DNA of 64,000 bases from Chrysomallon squamiferum (taxonomy: Eukaryota; Animalia; Mollusca), in the NCBI GenBank assembly GCA_012295275.1, contig CM022666.1, forward strand, positions 12,586,001-12,650,000, written 5' to 3'. Each line of letters opens with the position of its first letter. Positions within the stretch are counted from its first letter, which is position 1. The notes beneath the pieces are model-generated. The model saw only the letters and a program-made list of their open reading frames with translations, ran no database searches and was not told the DNA's origin. A program made the translations under genes and the position numbers. Of this stretch, positions 55,077 through 64,000 are shown in pieces.

Positions 55077-57050
55077 ATTTTTATTATATTAATCCTTTTC
55101 TTCAACATTTTTAATGAACACAGGAAATTCCCGACATTTGAGAATATTAAGAAGAAAGAAATGGAAAAGTCAGAGAAACAGGAGAGAGGAGAAATTCTTG
55201 AAACTAAAGAGTTTGGATAACAACACTTTATTAGTTTGCTAATATCTTTCTGTCTTGGCATTTATTTTTGAAGAAGGTATTTATTTCTAAATTAATAATA
55301 ATAATAATAATGCATCATTTCCTGTAAAAGTAATAAACTAAAAATAAATTAATAATTAGCATTAGAAAATATTAATAATAATTTAAATATGTACTAAGCA
55401 ATTGCATTAGTCCTTGTTAAAATGAGGGTGTCTCTGTTAATATAACTTTTTATTTGAGTGAAAAACACTATTTCCATTGTTGTCCTGTAAACATACTGGA
55501 ATAGTGAATGAACTTTTATAAGGCAATTTGTGATATTAAAATACATTAATGATGTTTTTAATTGCCAAATAAAGATCAGACAAAAACATTTAAAAAATCT
55601 GTTGATTTTTGTTGAAACTGGAAATCACCTCAGCTGAACATGATTACAAAGACTGAAACAATCACCAATGTAAATTTCCTATCTTTTGAGATACATGTTT
55701 TAATTATTAAAGTTAATAATATCTATGCCTTTTCATTTTTTATATGTAAATACAAATAACTGAAACATCTGCAAATGATAATTAGCAGAGAAAAATGCAT
55801 TTATCTGACAAATATAGATTCATAAAACAAAAAATATCTTGATCTTACAAAAATTAATAAACTTAATATTTACTATTGGTGTTAAATATTTTTTTATCTA
55901 GAAAGGGAATTTACATCATGGAGAAGGGTGAATCGGCTGATACAGAAACCATTCTCATGCAGACTGCACAGTCCAAGTTGTGAGAATTTTGTTTTATTTT
56001 TTTGTCTTAGTAATACAAGTTTTGTAACAATTGTTAATTAATTATAAAAATAGAGTAATAATAATCAATTGTTTACTGTTGTTTGTTAATTATTATTTTT
56101 ATTATTATTAACATTATTATCAGGATCATTATTATGCATTACTCACTAATGTAATTTATTAGTAACAAAGTATGTCAAAAATATCCAACAGCCCATTTTG
56201 TCTGAATACTGCAGTAACTAATACCAGTAAAATACACATTTTAATAATAACAGAAGTGTTAGTTATCTATTTAAGACTCTTTATTTATTATTTGTATTAT
56301 TATTTGATTTATTTATTTATTTATTTTTAGAATGCACGTCTAGCTCTAATTGAAGCACTGATGTTGGCATACGCCAGTGAAGTTGTTTGAGTACAACATG
56401 TATCCAAGCCATCAGGTGTGTTGTTGTTATTATTTATTTATTTATTTAATTTATATTTATTATTTTGTATAATACTAAAATTTATTTATTAAAATCAGTT
56501 CATTTGGCACTGTTAAAGTTTATTTATTTTACATTGTGGAAAATATGTCTTAAATTATATTTCAGTTAAAGCTGAGGTATATTTAAAGGCATTCATCCTT
56601 CTACTTTGATTAGTAAATGATAGTTGAAAAGAAGGAGAAGAATTATGATGATTGCAGTTAAACATACAAATGTATGAATGTATGAGAGATAGAGAGAGGA
56701 TGAAGGAATGGAGAGACAGAATGATATTGGGGGTGCATATTTTGCATAATTCATCATATCAGACTTTACATTCAGCATTTAAACAAGAAATTTTAAAACT
56801 CTCAGATTAATTACAACTTTTAAGACTTCCACTGAGCTTCCATCAGGCACTGAGGACTCAATTATTTTCTGATTAAATAAAGTTTGCTGCCATTGCAAAA
56901 GACAAAAAATCTGAGCAGGTTAATTTGAGTTTGTTTTCTTGCATATTTCTCATTATTATTAACCTCATGAAGTCTAATGTAATTTAATATATGAAGTTGC
57001 AGTTTGTAAATAATATATCAGTAAGTACACATGCACACAAACACCGAGAG

Positions 57051-57111
<61 letters not shown>

Positions 57112-57400
57112 TACATGAACACAGTGACATACACTTAAATTCATATAAATACAATTATTTTGTGGTAAATGTTTATTTCTATATTTTAAAACAAAAGAAT
57201 AAGCATCATATTTTAACAATATTTTAAAATGTTTAATTTTCCTGTGACATAGGAGATGGATGTACAGAAGCTGTGGTGTTCAGTTTTTGTTATCTGCAGT
57301 CTGTCAGTTTTCATAATTTGTTTAATAAACACAATTTTTGTAAATAAAATAACAAATCAGATGGTAACATCAAAATTTAGCATTTAAATTTATATTTTTT

Positions 57401-57507
<107 letters not shown>

Positions 57508-57681
57508 CTCCTCCCTTAAACTCTTTCCCTGTATTATTAAATAGTAATTGCCTCATTCTTATTTATTTATTTTTTAGATATATGTTTGAAAGATGGGTTA
57601 GGAATATCTAATTTTTTATATAATCTCATCAAAACATTCTGTAAATGGCATCTTCCCATCACGTTTTTCCACTTCTCTTAG

Positions 57682-58460
57682 GAGGATCTCCTGCACTCAC
57701 GAGGCTGTATACAAGAAAACCTAATGGACTTTCTCGCAGAGCTGTTCTCGTTTGAAATGATAAAACTGATAGAGTCAGGACAGCTTCTGAATGATCAGGA
57801 ACCAGAAAGTAAGTTATGGTTCAGACTTTGAGTAAAAAAAAGACCACAATTGTATTATATCTTTTACTATACAAATTAATGAAAAATTGTATTGGAAAAA
57901 CAGGGATTTATAATATTCAATTTTAATGTATATATTGAGAGATGCCTTTACCTATGTAAATACATTTTTATTATTTAAAGTAGATGATTTCAGATTTTGA
58001 AAGATCTTTATATAATGGTCAGTATTTCAGAAGGCTACTAATAAAGAAAGTTAATATTAAAGGAATATTTAAATGAGTGCATCTCAGTTAAATTTTATGA
58101 AGATTGATTTCTTCAGAAAGCTTACATTGCAGGGTTTATTATTCTTTTTCTTAATTTTAATTCAGCATCTCGCTGTGGTTATGGGAGGTCAAGTGTATCT
58201 TAAAAGCAGATTTTTAGTTGGTTTAAAAAGGGTGTCACTTCATATTACAGAAACATGTTTTCCATTTCATTAGCTGTATTGTTACTTACCTTTTAAGATA
58301 AAAAAGACTAGTGAGAATCATGTGGTGTATGTTCTTAAATAAAATATTTCTTTTTTATTTTAGATTTCAATTCAATTATCTGAGTTTTTACTTTTTCAGG
58401 CACATACCTCAAAACAGACATTTGTCATTACCTAAACATCAGAATGGCACACCTACACTG
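57682..58460 (+). pseudogene. CAMSAP: CAMSAP/Patronin pseudogene fragment, inverted copy (CH-domain exon 57682-57808 plus truncated downstream exons)
   Basis: EDLLHSRGCIQENLMDFLAELFSFEMIKLIESGQLLNDQEPE between TTAG and GTAAGT. The next exons are truncated by deletions. Confidence 0.72.
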
Positions 58461-58871
58461 AAACATTCATACAGATAGGATTAGAAATATGCTTACAGTT
58501 ACATGGAAAGTTCACTACACAAAAATACATAACAAAATATGTATGTTAATGTAGAAATTAAATAAAATATCCAAATCTAGATGGATATTAACAGATTGAT
58601 ACACAGATAGACAGACACAACTTAAATTATTCATTCTTATAGCGGTTGTTTTTGTTTTAAAATATTTATACCACTATAAAAGTTGATGTAAATAGAATGA
58701 AACAAACAATTATACTTTTGCTCAAGCTGCAACTGATCAAAAATTTTATAAACTCTCTTATAAAAGTACTCTACACTGAGAATCTAACTTACTTTTTAGT
58801 AGTGAGTTGGAAATTTAGTTTTTCTGTTCTTGTTATAATTTATAATGGTTTTTCTTCCAGATGAGGGGCAG

Positions 58872-58925
<54 letters not shown>

Positions 58926-59685
58926 TTCAGACCAGTGAACAGGAAATGATGTCAACGAAAGACAGACTGGTGGAAAGACAGATGAAGAGAAAAGAAGAAC
59001 AGGAAAGATGAAGACTGGAAAAATAATAGAATTATAGGAACAGAGAGAAAGAGAGAGAGGTAAATGATAAATAATAAAAAAAATATTATGAAAAGTGGTA
59101 GTAAAATACTTGATTGTAGTTCACAGGGCTAAATATTCACTGCAAATATTTCCAATATTCTATTATATTGAATAATCAACGAGTAAAACTTTACCAAATT
59201 AGAAATTAAAATAGTTTGGTTATCAAGCATAGGTTTAAACTGCTTTCAATCCATGTACGTTCAAAATATCGTGGTTTATCGAGACTAGCCTGGCCAGAAA
59301 CCAAGGAGTGGTTGGTCCATTTCTATGAACCAAATTTCGAACAAAGAGACCACATTCAACGAAAAGAAATGCTTAAAATAAAAACAGATTGTTCATTTTA
59401 ATTCTTGTGTTGATTATATTAAATTAAATGAAAACAAAGCTTTCTCTTTTTTTGTTTTAAAATTGGATATACTATTGCTGACAAACTGGTTATTCGTTCC
59501 AGTAATCTATATACAGTTTGTCACATCTGACACAGAATTGTGTGTAACTAACACTGCTGATAAAGTTGTTCTCTGAAACTTTTGAGAATGGGAGGATTCT
59601 CATGGACTGCTTTCAAGAGAATCCACATAGATTTTTACAAACGCACACACACATACATACACACATACATACATACATACATACA

Positions 59686-59721
<36 letters not shown>

Positions 59722-60949
59722 TACATACATATATACATACATACACACACATACACACATACAAACATACATACATACACACACACATACATATATATGC
59801 CTAATGATGTATATGTACATATATATATGCAGTATATGCCTGTTATTGATGCCTCACCAATTTTGTATACTACTACAACAATAACCTATGATTTTGGTAC
59901 CAGTCGTTTTTAATAACAAAGTAAATACAACAATAAAATAACACATCAGTGATATTCATATTTTATTGTGATATTTAAAAAATGTCAGGAGAATTCACTC
60001 CAGATTTCATTAATTTAGTTCACTGTTAGCAAATTAAATATATATATATATACAAAATAGATTAATTGTTAATGTCAAACGGATAGCTTTATCTGCTGAG
60101 ATGCATATGCAACTGATTTAGATCAGTTTTAATAAAAACAGAAAGACACCAGATGAACAGACTCGGTTCTGAGGAATAATTCCAGGCTGTCTTTTTTTTG
60201 CCTTACATCACTGGTTCTCAACCTCTTTGCTCCATGCCCCACCTCAGCATCTATAAATGTTTATGTCCCCCTTAGAGTTTTGTAAAAGTGTAATTACTGT
60301 AATATAAAGTAGAAATCCTTTAACAAAACAAAGTGTAAACAAACTGCTCATTAGTGTTGTCAGATACACGATAACTTGTAGACGAAGTGTAACTGGAAGT
60401 TTGGTCGTGTTATATCAATTTCAAAATTACACTCTAGTCTCAGAATATATATTTGATCCCCACTATTAGGGTAGTTACATTTGGCTCCCTTACCAGGCAA
60501 ACGGGGGATAAAAAAAATAAAAATAAAAAATAATAATAATAAATAATAATAATAATAATAATAAAGTAATAATGTTAAATTCACAGTTATAGTATATGTT
60601 TTAAAGTGATTGTATCGTACATCTAGCGACCAAATGTTGTCAGCAAAACAGAATAACTATTAAAACAACAAACTTTAAGTTTGCACAAATATTTTAAAGT
60701 TTTTATTCATAATGTCATTTCGTATTTTTATTTTTATTTTTATTTATTATTATTATTATGATTTTGTATTTATGATTTTTTTTTTTTATGATTTTTTTTT
60801 TTTTTTCATAAATGTTATCCTCCAATAAGTTTTAGCGAGTATAAATTTAGTAAACAGACTGAGTTGACACTTCTGCCATACATGATCCAATGACAAACGA
60901 GAATTTATGCATCATCTTTTTCCGCGGATGCAGAAACTTAAACACTGTC

Positions 60950-61420
60950 GTGGTAAAGAGATAAAGTTACAGTCTGTGTATGATCAATATCCTGACGAAT
61001 AGTTGGTGTAATACTCGTGTCTTTTCCAAAGCAAAATAGAATTTACAAAAATGCCTCAAGTGGATCAATTATATGTGGAAGGCCGCGGGAACAGCTGAAT
61101 TCATCGAAAATCAACTCGGATAAGAAATAATTGATTAACATCCAATATTAGTTCAAAACAAACGTGTTACTGCATTAAATATAAAATTACAAGGAATGTA
61201 TGATTGAAAGTTCTATTTACAAAACATACCTGCAGTTATAAACGATTACATTAGTCAGCATACGTAACTCTGCCCCCAAAAGGTACGTAACTCGATTGTT
61301 GCTCGGTTAGTGAAGCTTAAAACAATCGCGAATGAATCGCGTAGAAAAAGGGCTAAATTGTCCGATCTGTCGGTGAATTTCTGTTTGGATTTTTTAAGAA
61401 ATACGGCTCTATCTTTCAAA
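60950..61420 (+). mobile_element. Inverted copy of the THAP/SWIM-like relic
   Basis: Reverse complement of ~6740-7500 with an internal deletion. Confidence 0.5.
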
Positions 61421-62450
61421 TTTTCATTTTGTTTCTTTTGTTGTTATTTTGTAAAGAGTTGTTCTTATTAATAACATTATTATTTAATTTCTTTTTCTTT
61501 TCATTTTTAAGTTGGTTATAGTAATGAAATTTGGTAGATTTGTTGTTTATTTCTTTAAAGTAAATAAATAAAATAATAATGTTTGTTTAATCTAGTTTTA
61601 ATAAATTTAAAATAGGTTTATTCATTGGTGATCAAATACTAAGAGAGAAAAAAAAGTAATAATAGTAATAAATATTTATTAATATAAAGTGATGTTTCTT
61701 CCCTGCACATACAGTTTCAACAAGTCAAGCGCAGACTGCTTATTTTAATGAGATATTTATTGTAAATATACACCATGAATATAATAACTATGTCGCAAAA
61801 TGTTAAAAATAACGGTTAGAATTTCCAAAAGGGGAATCACCTTCTAGATAACCTACTTCTGAAATAGCTTCCTAAAAACGAATCTGCGTAATTTCCATCA
61901 CGTGACTAATAATCGATTAGATCGTTGTGGTCATGTAATACAATTGGCTTGTTTGGAATTAAAATGCTTTAAAGAAAATAAATAAAATGAAATAAAATAA
62001 TTAAAAAAATAAAGATGTAAAGAAAATAAATAAATTAATAAATAACACTAAATAAAACACTTTCGCTTTATTAAAATATTTATAACAATCATTTATATTG
62101 TTCCTGTTATTATTGTTGTTGTTATTGTCATCGCCGTCGTTGTTGTTTCATACTTGTTTCTTTCTTCCAAACAGAGGATACACCAGTTTTACTAAGTAAA
62201 GTGTAAGAAATTAACGTAGTATCGTATCGTTCAGCTTTTTATCAGGTCTACAAGGGCGGTTTATGTGATGACGTCATCTGGTAGGTCCTCGTACACGTAT
62301 ACAAACTAACTCACACCGTGGCATTGCCAGAGACCGTGCTTGTCATAGACGTGTTTCATGTCAGCTTGATCAGAGTTACGCGTTAATCTTTTTTCACTCA
62401 CACACTTCGGGCGTTTAAAAGCAGAAATTAAACAAGAAAAACAAAACAAA

Positions 62451-62597
62451 ATGGAGCTAAAAATAATGAGAACTGTAGTTTGTGCCCTGTTGTTTCTCAA
62501 CATACTTCTAGCGACTGTTTCGATTGCTTTGAAGGTTGTTATGTATCAAAACCGCGGATCACACACACAGACAGAGCCTATACCGTGCGAAGAGAAG
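62451..62597 (+). CDS. TNF ligand copy 4, first exon type A
   Basis: 49 open codons, MELKIMRTVVCALLFLNILLATVSIALKVV...IPCEEK|GTGAGT. Upstream CRE (62270-62277), GC box and kB-like GGGGAATCACC (61831-61841). Confidence 0.68.
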
Positions 62598-62705
62598 GTG
62601 AGTGCAGAAAACAAACTATTAAACGTTGTGTTAGTAACGGGGGCCTGAACAAGGTATTCATTTTTAAATTTTATATTTCTATTAAGTGTAACTTCCCCCA
62701 GACGT

Positions 62706-62807
<102 letters not shown>

Positions 62808-63381
62808 TATACACACCGCTCCAAACTCGTCTGAAATAAATAGATATGGCAGGACATTCAATATCTGCTCTGTTCTGTTGTCTGTGTCGTTAATAAACAA
62901 GAAAGAAACGTGAGCCCCACCCACACCTGAAAAAATTAAGCTACAAGGTATAAAAGCGATCGTTTTTGTCGTGCCATGAGAAATAACTTCTTTTTTTTTT
63001 TTTCTTTTTTTCTTTTTATGTAGGAAGGGTTACTTGCAAACAAAGAAAAATCAAACAGTAAATACTGCATTGGAAAGAGCGACTTCATGGAGGTATTCGT
63101 CGTACTTTTTTTTCTTTTCTTTTTTCTTAAGTAGACATACCTATATTACATTTACTAAAACTCCTAATAAACAGATAAAATTACTATTTATAATAACAAG
63201 GTTTGTTATCATCACAAAAACATGTAATTAATTAACATCAGAATTGTAATAATTAGGCAAAAAACTGCATGCAACAACTACGCGTTTACTAAATTTTGTC
63301 CCGAATTGTGTAGCGTAGAATTATTGATGTAAAGCGTTACGTGACTCGTTTTGTGTCCTATGTTACTATTTCTCCGCCATA

Positions 63382-63603
63382 ATGCTTACTTCGTACAGAA
63401 TAAAGGTCTTTGTTTTGGTGGTTTTCTGCATCAGTATCGTTGGAGGAATTGTGTCTATTGTTTTATTTATTTTATTGTCGACAAAACAAACGCCTGTAAA
63501 TTATAATTGCGTATTATGTCAGGAAACTACTGCAGTGTTTTTTACAAAAAGGAATGAAATTAATCAAACAACTAAATGTATTGGAAAGTGCGATTTCAAG
63601 AAG
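63382..63603 (+). CDS. TNF ligand copy 4, first exon type B (open)
   Basis: 74 open codons, MLTSYRIKVFVLVVFCISIVGGIVSIVLFILLSTKQTPVNYNCVLCQE...KCIGKCDFKK, then a weak GTTTTT donor at the position homologous to copies 1 and 3. Confidence 0.65.
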
Positions 63604-63621
63604 GTTTTTATTTATAAATTG

Positions 63622-63675
<54 letters not shown>

Positions 63676-63849
63676 CATTATTTCCTGTAAAAATAATAAA
63701 TCTAAAAATAAATTAATAATTCTTACAAATTGCATTAGAAAATAATAATAATTTAAATATGTACTAAGCAATAGCTTTAGGCTTGGGCGTTTCGTTAGAA
63801 TGTTAATATATTATATAACATTTTATTTGATATGATTTATTTTGTACAG

Positions 63850-63931
63850 CAATGTAAAAAGGTCTACATACAAACATTAAAATACCACGAGAGCGCGAGA
63901 AAGAGAAAAACACTATTTCCATTGCTGTCCT
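63850..63931 (+). CDS. TNF ligand copy 4 candidate stalk exon (QCKKVYIQTLKYHESARKRKTLFPLLS)
   Basis: TTTTGTACAG acceptor, open in phase 0. The donor used in copy 1 is GA here, and the T|GTAAAC donor gives phase 1. THD exons are expected beyond the window end. Confidence 0.45.
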
Positions 63932-64000
63932 GTAAACATACTGGAATAGCGAATGAAAGGCAATTTGTGATACTAAAATACCGTGGACGTTAATGATGAT

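Overview
AT-rich, microsatellite-dense animal genomic DNA with spliceosomal introns and two 200-N scaffold gaps. It looks invertebrate, probably lophotrochozoan or molluscan (inference only). The window is a segmental-duplication mosaic built around a TNF-superfamily ligand gene cluster. Three minus-strand copies carry the TNF homology domain (THD) exons: 711-2132 and 32193-33262 are open, and 20482-22390 has an in-frame TGA. A fourth, inverted copy (62451 to beyond 64000) shows only its 5' exons. Each copy with a visible 5' end has two alternative, mutually homologous ATG-bearing exons (A and B) encoding type II transmembrane anchors. Upstream of copy 3, the exon A plus promoter module (TATA-like, E-box, CCAAT, CRE, ISRE-like and kB-like motifs) is amplified into a 7-unit, ~1.21 kb tandem array facing one THD. 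Co-duplicated passengers are CAMSAP/Patronin pseudogene exons, a THAP/SWIM-like transposon relic, a duplicated 2-exon Cys-rich gene fragment, and a chimeric ORF fusing a single-TM gene to the TNF tail. A ~4.3 kb-arm inverted repeat surrounds the second gap. All exon models were derived by eye from splice signals, phase and paralog comparison, with no expression data or database searches.
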